DNA of 64,000 nt from an uncultured virus (IMG/VR IMGVR_UViG_3300028571_002018) (Duplodnaviria; Heunggongvirae; Uroviricota; Caudoviricetes): the IMG/VR virus record IMGVR_UViG_3300028571_002018; one strand, 5' to 3'. The translations under genes and the position numbers were made by a program. Positions 1 through 8,808 of the stretch are shown here, one piece after another. The notes beneath the pieces are model-generated. The model saw nothing but the letters and a program-made list of their open reading frames with translations. It searched no databases and was not told where the DNA came from. How positions within the stretch are numbered: position 1 is the first letter of the stretch; each line of letters begins with the position of its first letter.

Positions 1-125
1 TGGCAGAACAAGACGAGGAGTGGATGACCGCAAAAATCTACCTGAACATGAAACCTTGACCTGACGCTATTGCACAACAACCCAACAGCCAAAATCGAAA
101 TTTACAGAATAGATGTTGCTTTATC
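1..125 (+). mobile_element. 3' end of an IS256-family-like insertion sequence (transposase C-terminus and right end)
   Basis: Frame 3 reads ...AEQDEEWMTAKIYLNMKP* (stop ends at 59), resembling IS256 transposase C-termini. It is followed by AATTTACAGAATAGATGTTGCTTTATC, and a helicase frame resumes at 126. Confidence 0.65.
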
Positions 126-521
126 ATCAATATTGATTTGCCGTGGAATCCGACTCGCCTCGAACAGAGGATCGGACGCATCAAGCGCTTCGGCCAGAAG
201 CGCGAAACCGTGGATATGCTCAACCTAGTGAATGAGCAAACCGTGGACGAGAAGATCTACGAACGCCTGTCGGAGCGGATGCGCAATCGCTACGACTTAT
301 TTGGATCAGTTCCTGACACTATCAAGGACGAATGGATAGAGGACATCGAGACCCTCGGGGAAAAGATGGACGAGTTCATCAATGCTCAGAAAGAGGCGAC
401 GGGATTTGACCTGCGCTATACGGGCACGATGGAGCCACCGGAGAAAGACTGGCGGGATTGTTCCGAGGTACTGTCACGGCGAGACTTCGCAGTGCTGATG
501 ACTACGGCTTGGACGGGATGA
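126..521 (+). pseudogene. C-terminal fragment of an SNF2-family helicase, interrupted by the IS; possibly the PLD-helicase of a DUF499/DUF1156-type restriction-like defence system
   Basis: INIDLPWNPTRLEQRIGRIKRFGQ matches helicase motif VI. There is no native start, and the upstream sequence is IS-like. Confidence 0.75.
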
Positions 522-667
522 CGATGCTGGATGAGTACTCAATAGAACAGCGCGCGAGTCAAATCTTCGATGCACGGCGGGCAAATACCGGTCGGCTGTC
601 GTGATGCTGCGGTCGGTCGTGGTCTGCGATCTACTTTTCAAAATCCAAACTTTCAACGGGAGTGACA

Positions 668-1237
668 ATGGCATATAGAAACGGCAACTATTCGGCTTTC
701 TATGTTACTGAGCCCTTCAATCCAAGCGCACTCGGTGCTCACGCTACGCGCGATTTTGTTTACTATAACCAGCTACGCATGTGGAAGGGGCAGGATTCGG
801 ATTTTCCCTTCAATGACTCTCATGACAAAACATACAACGTACGTGACGGGAGTGATTGGGAAACGACTCTGAAGCCTAGACTGAGGGAGCGCCTCCGAAA
901 CTCCAAGAATATCGTTCTGTTTTTGAGTTCTACTACTGCCAACTCACGAGCATTGAGAGAGGAAATCGACTACGGAATTAATGACCAGGGTCTTCCGGTC
1001 ATCGTAGTCTATCCCGAGTATGCATCTGAGTCAGACCTACTGACCGCTGACAATCAGGCCCTCAAGCAAGCAGTAAAGAATCTCTGGGACAAACTTCCAA
1101 TATTTCGTGACTCAATGAATTCCGTGCCGACTCTCCATGTGCCAAATAAGAAATCCGTGATAGAGAAGGCGCTTAACAATGAAAAGTTCATGGTGGGAAC
1201 CAAAGGAGATTCCGGGGTCTTCTTCTACAAACCCTGA
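668..1237 (+). CDS. thsB: Thoeris ThsB-like TIR-domain protein
   Basis: MAYRNGNYSAF start and FNDSHDKT...LRERLRNSKNIVLFLS...EEIDYG...LPVIVVY TIR-like pattern; adjacent to a Macro-domain gene. Confidence 0.8.
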   Translation: MAYRNGNYSAFYVTEPFNPSALGAHATRDFVYYNQLRMWKGQDSDFPFNDSHDKTYNVRDGSDWETTLKPRLRERLRNSKNIVLFLSSTTANSRALREEIDYGINDQGLPVIVVYPEYASESDLLTADNQALKQAVKNLWDKLPIFRDSMNSVPTLHVPNKKSVIEKALNNEKFMVGTKGDSGVFFYKP

Positions 1238-1262
1238 CTGTGCTTATGAAGGGAAGTGAAGC

Positions 1263-2120
1263 ATGACAAAGGTGGCCTTCTTTGACCGACGGCTATTAGC
1301 TACCTTCTACAAGTACGCTACTGCCGTAAGTGTCTTCCTCTCCTTTGTTTTTCCATTTGTCGACATACCAAAAGACTGCTTACCCGCGCCGAGCTATGGC
1401 CTTTGGTATAAGGCTGCTGCTTTTGTGGCAGCGTTCCTCGTCGTCTATATTGTTGTTTGGGTTTGGTCTAATCGACTCAGGAATGTATCAATCAACATCG
1501 AAGGGAGTGAGGTTAATGTTGTTGCTGGGGATATATTTCAGCAGCCGGGGCTTAAGGTGATTGCTTTCAACGAATACTTTGACACCTTGGTCGACGAAAG
1601 AGTCATCTCCAGTAGATCTGTCAATGGCATGTTTGTAAAGCAAATCCTAAAGACGCCTGTCGCTGATTTGGACAATTACATCGCGAGTTATCAATTTCAG
1701 GACGATGAGATAATCGGTGAAAATCAAAACAGGCGAGCCGGAAAGAAAAAGCGGTATAAAATCGGAACAATATGTGTTTACGAGGAATTCTTGCTTACCT
1801 CATTTAGTAAGTTTGATGAGGACAACAAGGCCGTGCTTACTATGCCGGAATATTTGGAGTTCTTAATTAATTTCTGGGATAGAGTTAATTCGATCTATGG
1901 CCAGAGGAGCGTGTCAACTACAATATTCGGTTCTGGCATTACCCGCATCAAGGGGCATAAGCTCATCAGTGACGAGGATTTACTGAAGATTATGCTTTGG
2001 ACGTTTAGAATAAGTGAAATGCGCTTTAAGTATCCGGCCAAGCTGACCATCGTGATTCACGAGGAGAAGATCAATAAGATAAATCTTTTTGACATACAGA
2101 CGGTCAAGAATGGCGTTTAA
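1263..2120 (+). CDS. thsA: Thoeris type II ThsA (two TM helices plus Macro domain)
   Basis: Two hydrophobic N-terminal segments, then VVAGDIF...VIAFNEYFDT...SVNG...FGSGITR Macro-like motifs. Confidence 0.8.
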   Translation: MTKVAFFDRRLLATFYKYATAVSVFLSFVFPFVDIPKDCLPAPSYGLWYKAAAFVAAFLVVYIVVWVWSNRLRNVSINIEGSEVNVVAGDIFQQPGLKVIAFNEYFDTLVDERVISSRSVNGMFVKQILKTPVADLDNYIASYQFQDDEIIGENQNRRAGKKKRYKIGTICVYEEFLLTSFSKFDEDNKAVLTMPEYLEFLINFWDRVNSIYGQRSVSTTIFGSGITRIKGHKLISDEDLLKIMLWTFRISEMRFKYPAKLTIVIHEEKINKINLFDIQTVKNGV

Positions 2121-2169
2121 ATATATTTGATCCTCGAATCAGTGTTCGTCTACGGCGACTCCTGGCTTG

Positions 2170-2667
2170 CTACTTGGTGCCTCCTGTCATCTCCCCGACC
2201 CACACTTGCAACGCCCTCAGTTGCTCGGCGTTTTCGTGGCAGGTTTGGTAGTTGGAGGCAAGGGTTCCGGCGACGGCAGAGAGCGTAATGCCCGTGGCGG
2301 CCGCATCAGCATCTCGGGCGGGCTCGGGCAGCTCACCGGCGGCGGCAGCGTCGTGCAGGCGCACAAAGCCACGGTTGATAGTGCAAGCAGCATCGGCTTG
2401 AGCGGGCACATAGACGGGAACCTCCTTGAAGATGGTGTCGCCCTTCTCGCGGACGATGCGGACGCGGTCGACGTACTGGGTGACGACCTTGACGGTGGCT
2501 TGCGCCTGCCGCTCGCGGATGGCGGCTGTCTGTAAGGCTTGTTGCTGGATGGCGGCATCCCATTGCGCTCGAACGTGGCTCTCACCCTTGATCCAGCCGA
2601 AGCCGACCAGGGCGACGCCGAGCGCCGCCAGGGCCAGCAGCCGGTACGGCCACGGAATCACGCTCAC
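2170..2667 (-). CDS. Rz-like inner-membrane spanin
   Basis: N-terminal TM plus coiled coil, downstream of the endolysin; the GTG start overlaps the endolysin stop. Confidence 0.75.
   Translation of the reverse strand: MSVIPWPYRLLALAALGVALVGFGWIKGESHVRAQWDAAIQQQALQTAAIRERQAQATVKVVTQYVDRVRIVREKGDTIFKEVPVYVPAQADAACTINRGFVRLHDAAAAGELPEPARDADAAATGITLSAVAGTLASNYQTCHENAEQLRALQVWVGEMTGGTK
2217..2411 (-). CDS. Rz1-like outer-membrane lipoprotein spanin embedded in Rz
   Basis: MCPLKPMLLALSTVALCA-C lipobox with a Pro-rich mature part; AAGGAGG Shine-Dalgarno 9 nt upstream. Confidence 0.75.
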   Translation of the reverse strand: MCPLKPMLLALSTVALCACTTLPPPVSCPSPPEMLMRPPRALRSLPSPEPLPPTTKPATKTPSN

Positions 2668-3173
2668 GACGCCTCCCCGATGCACTGCCGGTATTCGGCT
2701 TCTCGCCGTGTAGCCAGCCCACCGCACAGCCGCGCGTTAGTGGGCAGCGCGCAGTCTTTTCCCTGGAAGAAGCGCCAGCGCAGCAGCTCGACACAGGCTC
2801 CCGCGTAGTTCTCGGCGTTGAGTTTCCTGACCAGCGTGGACTGGCAGAACGCACGGCTGCCGACGTTGTAAGAAAAGCTCACCAGCGCGTCGTACTCGTG
2901 CTGGGCCAGGGGCACGGTCACGCATTGCTTGAGCGCCCCCTCGAATTGCTGCACGTCGGTAAGTGCCCGAGCCAGCGCCTTCGGCGGCGTGGTGGTGTCA
3001 CCCAGCTTCACCCCGGTGGTGGTGCCAAAACCAATGGTCGGTACATCGCCCTTGACGGGGATCACTGCGCGGTCGGTGTACCCCTCGTGCAGCACGATGC
3101 TGACCAGGGCGGCGGCGGACAGCGTCAGCCCGGTCACCGTCCTGCGCATCACGGGTGATGTTGGCCGGGTCAT
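2664..3173 (-). CDS. Phage lysozyme (GH24 endolysin, probable SAR type)
   Basis: HEG...DVPTIGFGTT catalytic pattern, FSYNVG, GLATRREAE; weakly hydrophobic N-terminus. Confidence 0.9.
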   Translation of the reverse strand: MTRPTSPVMRRTVTGLTLSAAALVSIVLHEGYTDRAVIPVKGDVPTIGFGTTTGVKLGDTTTPPKALARALTDVQQFEGALKQCVTVPLAQHEYDALVSFSYNVGSRAFCQSTLVRKLNAENYAGACVELLRWRFFQGKDCALPTNARLCGGLATRREAEYRQCIGEAS

Positions 3174-3397
3174 CGGTGCATCGCCGGCTGCGCCACGATG
3201 CGCGCGACGGTCGCGCCGATGCTGGCGGCAAAGGCCAGCAGCACAAACGCGCCGCGCGGCAGTACTTCCCCGAACAGCGGCACCACCACTTCCGCCGCCG
3301 TGAAGGCAGCGGCCAGCAGCGAGAAGCGAATGCTCCAGGCCCGTCGCAACACGCGCCGCCAGTCGTCCAGAAGGCAGATCTTCGGCTTGGCGGTCAT
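3170..3397 (-). CDS. Putative holin
   Basis: 75 aa with two TM segments, directly upstream of the endolysin. Confidence 0.65.
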   Translation of the reverse strand: MTAKPKICLLDDWRRVLRRAWSIRFSLLAAAFTAAEVVVPLFGEVLPRGAFVLLAFAASIGATVARIVAQPAMHR

Positions 3398-3696
3398 TGG
3401 ACGCCTCCCATCAGCTTGAGCTTGATGGCGGCACCGACCAGCAACGCGGCCAGGATGCCTGTGGTGGCCACCTTGATGGTCGTCTGCCAAGCCGTGCGGC
3501 GGGCGTCGCGCCAAGCTTCCAGCAGATCGCGCAGCTCCCGGATGTCGCGGGCAGCGTGGCCGTTCTCCAGACCAAGATGGGCGAGGCAGCGTTCAGCACC
3601 ACGTTCGGCGGCACGGTCGAGCAGATCGTCGAAATCCTCCTTGCGCAGCAGGAGCATGTTCTCGACGAGCGCCGGTTGTTGTTCAGGTTCGGTCAT
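3394..3696 (-). CDS. DUF6127-like membrane protein of the lysis cassette
   Basis: AAERGAERCLAHLGL...DIRELRDLL with a C-terminal TM. Confidence 0.65.
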   Translation of the reverse strand: MTEPEQQPALVENMLLLRKEDFDDLLDRAAERGAERCLAHLGLENGHAARDIRELRDLLEAWRDARRTAWQTTIKVATTGILAALLVGAAIKLKLMGGVQ

Positions 3697-3709
3697 TTGC
3701 TTTCTCCAG

Positions 3710-3749
3710 AAATACGAAACCCGCCCGATGCTTGAGCATCAGGGCGGGT
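3710..3749 (-). terminator. Intrinsic terminator-like hairpin between tail and lysis genes
   Basis: Minus strand ACCCGCCC-T-GATGC-TCAA-GCATC-GGGCGGGT followed by TTCGTATTT. Confidence 0.55.
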
Positions 3750-3772
3750 CTCAGGGTTGAATCAGTTCGGTT

Positions 3773-3994
3773 TCAGATCTCGATGATTTCCAGCGTCAGG
3801 CTGGGGGCGATACCTTCGATGGCGTCGTCGCGGACGAACACCTTCTGGCCAAGGGCCGCAGAGCCCCGCGCCTTGATTCGGCCGCCACCGGGCAATGCGA
3901 CTGTGACCACGCCGGAGCCGACGTCAATCACGGTGCCAGCCTGCAGCGGCGGGTCGGGGATCAGTTGGCGGAACTGCTCGTAGAGGTTATGCAT
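3773..3994 (-). CDS. Small phage tail-associated protein
   Basis: MHNLYEQFRQL... coupled to the upstream tail gene; beta-rich. Confidence 0.6.
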   Translation of the reverse strand: MHNLYEQFRQLIPDPPLQAGTVIDVGSGVVTVALPGGGRIKARGSAALGQKVFVRDDAIEGIAPSLTLEIIEI

Positions 3995-6002
3995 AGGCCT
4001 GCACTCCCAGCGTCTGCCAGACCTCGGGCAACCCGGCGTCCACTTGAGTCGCGCGAACGATGCCGAGCCGTGTGACGCTGCCGTCCTGGTACTCGACGAA
4101 TGCCCCTGGCTCGATGATCCCGGTCTCGGCGAGCACCGGCAGGCGCAGGCTGACCTCGATCTGGTGACCGGTGTCGGCAAGCACTGCGATGCCACGCTGC
4201 CGCGCGACCGCCGCTTCGGTGATCAGCGGATCGACGACCATCGGTGCGAGCACGTCTCCGGCAGTCCCGGCTCGGGTCACTTGCCCAAGCACACCGACGT
4301 CCTGCCCGGAAACGAACACGCGGTTGTAGGCAGGCTTTTCCAGCCAGCGCAGCGACTCGCGGGCGACGGCATCGACCGGCAACACGAAGTCGGGCGTGAC
4401 CGTGCTCCATTCCCAAGGCGCGACCGGGTAGCGATGACGCACGCGGATGCTCTGGGCCGAGGGATGCGGAATCAAGTAGCCACCTGCAGCACCGGCAATG
4501 GCGGTCAGTGCGTCGATCCACGATCCCTGCTGCGCGAACGCACCGGCGGGAACGTTCCAGTCCGTCAGGCCCCAATCGACCGCCCAGCCCAGCGGGATGC
4601 CGTTGATCGTGAGCACATCGTCCATCAACTGCCGAGCAGTGCGGCCCTCGGTGTTCGAGAACGTCATCACCGGCGCGTAGGGCGCTGCCAGAACGGCGTT
4701 GCGCCCCCGTCCGGAGATGCGGATGCTCGCGTCACCGAAGATGCGCTCGCGGCTGATGCTCTCTGCCAGCACGCGGAACGGGGTGCCGTTGATGCTGGCC
4801 ACGAGTTCGACGGGCCCGGACGCGCCGCCCGCGACCAGCGCCTCGGCTTTCGCAGGCAGCACCGCATCGAAGCCCCACGTCCATGACGAGGCATCGAGCG
4901 ACAGCGAGAGATTGAACACTGGCACCGGTGCGCCATCGGACACGCGGTACAGGGTCACGTTGTTGATCACGAAATAGACCCTCCGAACAGGAACGACCAC
5001 CGGCTCCCCATCGGGCGGCGGCGGGGTGATGTGGTTTTCACAAAGGAACAGCAGATGCCCGTCGGTCGCGGCCAGCGCGGCAAACAGCAGGCGCGTACTG
5101 GGCGTGTAGCAAGGCTGCGGAACGGGCGGCTCGGACACCACCCACCGGCTGATGCCAGGTGGCGGCGGCACGGCCTCCTGATACCTGCCGCGCCAGCCCT
5201 TCAGTTGCGGCCGTGCCGTCTGAAAATCGCTCCCCTGACCGCGTACCACCAACACAGCGCTTTGCCACAGGGACACTCTCCCGGCGCGCTCCGTGCGGTC
5301 ACCGTCCTGATGCCGGAACCGCGTGGCATTCCGCAGAGGGCCTGCGTTCTGGAACAGACCGCGTCGGGCCGCTTCAAACCGCGTGGCGTCCTGGTGCGTA
5401 AACCACGTCGAATCCTGCAGCCGGGTCGCATCCTGGTGGCGAGCGCCTCGTTGCTCGGGCGCTGCCGCCAGCACCGGCGGCAACCTGTGCTCGATGCCTT
5501 GAGGAACACCCAAGGTGCGCCGCCAAAACGCGGCCCAGCCAGCGGGCGTTGCGGCAGCGTCCTGCTGGCCCTGAGCGGCACCATCTTCGGTCTGCCTCGC
5601 CACCTGCCAAGAGTGCTCGGTCTGGCCAACCGTCGGTCGCTGCGTGCGCGAGTAGTACCTGACCTCGCTGGTGAACACTACGCCGGGAAGACTTGCGCCC
5701 GCCACGTCCAAGGGCACGCTCGGGCGCAGCACCAGCGTGCTGACTGTCAGTGCTGGTAGCTCGGCCAGCAGTTCAGCCCGCGCGGGCGGAATGAACTTGA
5801 TCGAGACGACCGGCAGCGGAAGGCTGGCCAGCACTACCACGTCGTCGCGCGGTGCGACGAAGCCCGCTCCGAACACCAAGTCGGCGTCGGTGGCGGCGGG
5901 CTGATCGAACAGCAGGTTGACCAGAGGTGGGCCGAACGCGATGCTGACTTCGGGTAGCGGCAGCGTGGCGGCCAGCGTCAATTCGCTGGATGCACTCGGC
6001 AC
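3987..6002 (-). CDS. Phage tail/baseplate hub-like protein
   Basis: 671-aa ORF within the tail module. Confidence 0.6.
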   Translation of the reverse strand: MPSASSELTLAATLPLPEVSIAFGPPLVNLLFDQPAATDADLVFGAGFVAPRDDVVVLASLPLPVVSIKFIPPARAELLAELPALTVSTLVLRPSVPLDVAGASLPGVVFTSEVRYYSRTQRPTVGQTEHSWQVARQTEDGAAQGQQDAAATPAGWAAFWRRTLGVPQGIEHRLPPVLAAAPEQRGARHQDATRLQDSTWFTHQDATRFEAARRGLFQNAGPLRNATRFRHQDGDRTERAGRVSLWQSAVLVVRGQGSDFQTARPQLKGWRGRYQEAVPPPPGISRWVVSEPPVPQPCYTPSTRLLFAALAATDGHLLFLCENHITPPPPDGEPVVVPVRRVYFVINNVTLYRVSDGAPVPVFNLSLSLDASSWTWGFDAVLPAKAEALVAGGASGPVELVASINGTPFRVLAESISRERIFGDASIRISGRGRNAVLAAPYAPVMTFSNTEGRTARQLMDDVLTINGIPLGWAVDWGLTDWNVPAGAFAQQGSWIDALTAIAGAAGGYLIPHPSAQSIRVRHRYPVAPWEWSTVTPDFVLPVDAVARESLRWLEKPAYNRVFVSGQDVGVLGQVTRAGTAGDVLAPMVVDPLITEAAVARQRGIAVLADTGHQIEVSLRLPVLAETGIIEPGAFVEYQDGSVTRLGIVRATQVDAGLPEVWQTLGVQAYA

Positions 6003-6005
6003 GGG

Positions 6006-6401
6006 CTACCCCAGGATCGCCGACACCATCCGGGCATCACCACCCAGATAGAGGTTGGTGCTGGCCAACTTCACGTCGCCACTTCCATCGGTGCCGCTGC
6101 AGTCCAGATCCAGCGCCGTGACCTCGTTGCCGTTGACCAGCCGTGCCCACGTAGCAACGCCGGTGCTGGTGATCAAGCCATCCTCCTGCTGCACCAGCGT
6201 CAGGAGCCCGCCCGCAATCGTGCCTGCGGGTTTCGTCAGCTTGATCTCGACCAACATCACGCTCGTCGGCGTCGTCGCCGGTGTGGCGGGCCGCGTGCCG
6301 CCGTAGATGCGCAGGCGCGCCGGGTTGCTGCCCGCATCCAGGAACGCCAGGGTGCCCGCCAGCCGCGCCTCGTTGTGTTCGACAGTGATGGCAACGGTCA
6401 C
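6006..6401 (-). CDS. Phage tail protein
   Basis: LRIYGGTRPA...GVATWARL virion-protein pattern; position in tail module. Confidence 0.6.
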   Translation of the reverse strand: MTVAITVEHNEARLAGTLAFLDAGSNPARLRIYGGTRPATPATTPTSVMLVEIKLTKPAGTIAGGLLTLVQQEDGLITSTGVATWARLVNGNEVTALDLDCSGTDGSGDVKLASTNLYLGGDARMVSAILG

Positions 6402-7483
6402 GGCATCATCTCCGGATGAAGGTTGTCCGCGATCACGGCGCGGTACATCTGCTTGTGGTCGTAGCTGACCACGGTGTATCTCTGGGCCGGGTCGATAAGC
6501 TCGAACCGGTACGCGCCAGTGGTGTCGCTCCAGGTTTCGGCCACCAGGACGCGGGTGTTCTCGCTGATCAGTTGCACCCGCCGCACCAACGGCTGGTCGG
6601 GCTGACCCTTCTCCTTGACGGTTCCGGCGATCACGCCGTGGCCACTGAAGTGGATGTCCTTGCGGCAGTTCGGAATCGGGTGAAAGTGCCAGTCATAGCC
6701 GCCGCCCCGGGTCCACAACTCAGAGTTGGGGCTGTTCAAGCGCATCAGGTCGCAATCGGCGTTGACGCCGATGTTGGCGGCAGGGTCAGGCAGAACCGAA
6801 CTCGGTCCACCGGACAGCGGTAACAGGTCATCGGCAGCGTTCACGCCGACGGTTGCGGGAAATGCGGGCAGACCTGACGGCGTGTCACCCTCAATGGCGT
6901 GGACGCGCGCCGTGGCTCCATACAGGAATACGCCCGGGATCAGCTTGCCCCGGTACGCTGCATCCCCGACTTGGAACATCAGCACCCCACCGGCCTTGAA
7001 CTGGATCAGACGGGCCCACGGCACGCCGTTGACGTCGAAGGCTCCGACGATGACCTCGCAGCGCATGGTCATCCGCTGGCCGACGTTGAAGGTCGGAGCC
7101 ACGTCAGCAACACCGGCGACCGGTTTCGCTCCATCGTGAACGCCGCCCGTCACTGCCACGCCGTCGCCGAAGCCGCTGTTCCAGCGTGTCACGACCCAGG
7201 CATCGTCCAGATGCGCGAACCGGTAGCCCTCGGAACCGTTGCCGGTGGTCATCCATAGGCCGATGTGCTTGCGGGCGCTCGGATCGGTCAGCAACTCGAC
7301 ATCGGCCTCGAACCAGAAATCACCGTGGGCCGTTTCGTTGAAGCGCAGGATGGACTGGCCGCTCGGGGCCGAAATGTCGATGGACTGCAGCGCGGTGTTG
7401 TGTGCCGCGTCCATTCCACCCAGGACTGCCGTATAGCCAGTGACCGGTGCCGTGGCGAAGGTTTCGCTCAACGGATAGCTCAT
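6398..7483 (-). CDS. Phage tail protein (beta-sandwich plus C-terminal prealbumin-like domain)
   Basis: C-terminal GTVKEKG...TWSDTTGAYRF...YTVVSYD; position in tail module. Confidence 0.55.
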   Translation of the reverse strand: MSYPLSETFATAPVTGYTAVLGGMDAAHNTALQSIDISAPSGQSILRFNETAHGDFWFEADVELLTDPSARKHIGLWMTTGNGSEGYRFAHLDDAWVVTRWNSGFGDGVAVTGGVHDGAKPVAGVADVAPTFNVGQRMTMRCEVIVGAFDVNGVPWARLIQFKAGGVLMFQVGDAAYRGKLIPGVFLYGATARVHAIEGDTPSGLPAFPATVGVNAADDLLPLSGGPSSVLPDPAANIGVNADCDLMRLNSPNSELWTRGGGYDWHFHPIPNCRKDIHFSGHGVIAGTVKEKGQPDQPLVRRVQLISENTRVLVAETWSDTTGAYRFELIDPAQRYTVVSYDHKQMYRAVIADNLHPEMMP

Positions 7484-7486
7484 GGC

Positions 7487-8758
7487 TTACCTCCACGGCC
7501 CGGTGATGTCGAACGCGATCTGCGCGCCTTCGGTTTCCGAGCTGTACTGCGTCCTGACCAGCAGGAAGCGCTTGCCCGCCTGACCGACCACGTTGTCCAC
7601 GATGGTCTGATCGCTGTAGGGCCTGTCCTGGGGCATCCACAGCATCCCAGGCAAGATGCCGCGCATATGGCCGTCCTCTTGCCTCACGTAGGTGGGCAGC
7701 AGCCACAGGCTGTAGTCCGCGCCATTCGGGAACGGCATCGGGCCCCGGCCACAGATCTGCTGGCCATTGTTGGTGTTCAGGGATGTCGTCGCCCAGCGGA
7801 CGGGGTTGCCGAGCTGGGTGTGATTGCGCAGCAGCACTTTGCCTGCGAAGTCCAGCGACGAAATCAGCCCATAGCCGTTGTACTGGCCGGGGTAGCTTGA
7901 GTAGCCGCTGTTGCTGTTGCTCCAGTAGATGTCGTCGGCGCACAGCACTGTGGCGTAGTTGTCGCCGGGTTTGAAGCTGGTGATGTCGCCGAAGCAGTAG
8001 GAGTTTCGCCCGTACCAGCCGAAACCCGCCGCGTTGGTGACAAAAAGGTAGAACAGCCGGTCGTCGCCCACCAGCACCCAATTGCGGTTGCCACCACCGC
8101 TGTCGCCATAGTTTTCGTAGCCGCCTTGCCGGGCGTGATACCACTTGTGCCAACCCCACTGGCCCTCCTGAACTTGCTTCCAGTTCTGGGTCGGGTTGTT
8201 CGGGTCATAGGGGGCCTGTGCGCCAACGATGGTGTCGATGTCAGACAGGTCTTCCACGATGCCGACGTTCGCCCACTTGGCCCAGTCGGTGGTAAAGCCC
8301 GGCGTCTTGAGACTGTCGTCGATCAGCAGGATGTTCTGCGGCGACTGTGGGTTCTTGCTGCGGTAGGCAGCCTTGTTCGTGCCCCCGAACAGCTTTTCCC
8401 ATCCGAGCGACGCCACCTTGGCACTGAGGCTCGTGGTGGTCGTGGCGGGCGACACCGGCGTGCCCGTCACCGCATAGGTGAACGTGGTCATGGTCGTCGC
8501 CAGCACTTGGTGCGATCCGTTGTACTCGGGCTGCTCAGCCCCTGCGATCAGCACGATCTGATTCGGCAGGTAGGCGTGACCGGAGGTGATGGTGGCGGTG
8601 GCCACACCGCCACCGCTGGTCAGCGTGTCGATTGCCTTCAGGGCGAAGCCGTTGACGAGGCAGGCATCGAGCATCGTCACCAGATCGCCCCAGTTGTTGG
8701 AGATCTGAGGTGCGCCGGTCATGCCGCTGTTGAAGTGTTTGACAGTCAGGTCGGTCAT
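7487..8758 (-). CDS. Putative tail fibre/receptor-binding protein
   Basis: GAPQISNNWGDLVTMLDACLVNG N-terminus; aromatic/Gly-rich C-terminus. Confidence 0.55.
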   Translation of the reverse strand: MTDLTVKHFNSGMTGAPQISNNWGDLVTMLDACLVNGFALKAIDTLTSGGGVATATITSGHAYLPNQIVLIAGAEQPEYNGSHQVLATTMTTFTYAVTGTPVSPATTTTSLSAKVASLGWEKLFGGTNKAAYRSKNPQSPQNILLIDDSLKTPGFTTDWAKWANVGIVEDLSDIDTIVGAQAPYDPNNPTQNWKQVQEGQWGWHKWYHARQGGYENYGDSGGGNRNWVLVGDDRLFYLFVTNAAGFGWYGRNSYCFGDITSFKPGDNYATVLCADDIYWSNSNSGYSSYPGQYNGYGLISSLDFAGKVLLRNHTQLGNPVRWATTSLNTNNGQQICGRGPMPFPNGADYSLWLLPTYVRQEDGHMRGILPGMLWMPQDRPYSDQTIVDNVVGQAGKRFLLVRTQYSSETEGAQIAFDITGPWR

Positions 8759-8808
8759 TTCATTGGTTCCTGCAAAAAGTCGGGTTCAAAGGGTGTCCAC
8801 CCACGCCG

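Noticed and set aside
545..554. GAACAGCGCG upstream of thsB (also near 29425) as further motif copies
   Set aside because: The CTTGGCTTC half is missing; probably chance.
6398..8758. Diversity-generating retroelement targeting tail fibres
   Set aside because: No reverse transcriptase or TR/VR repeat pair was seen.
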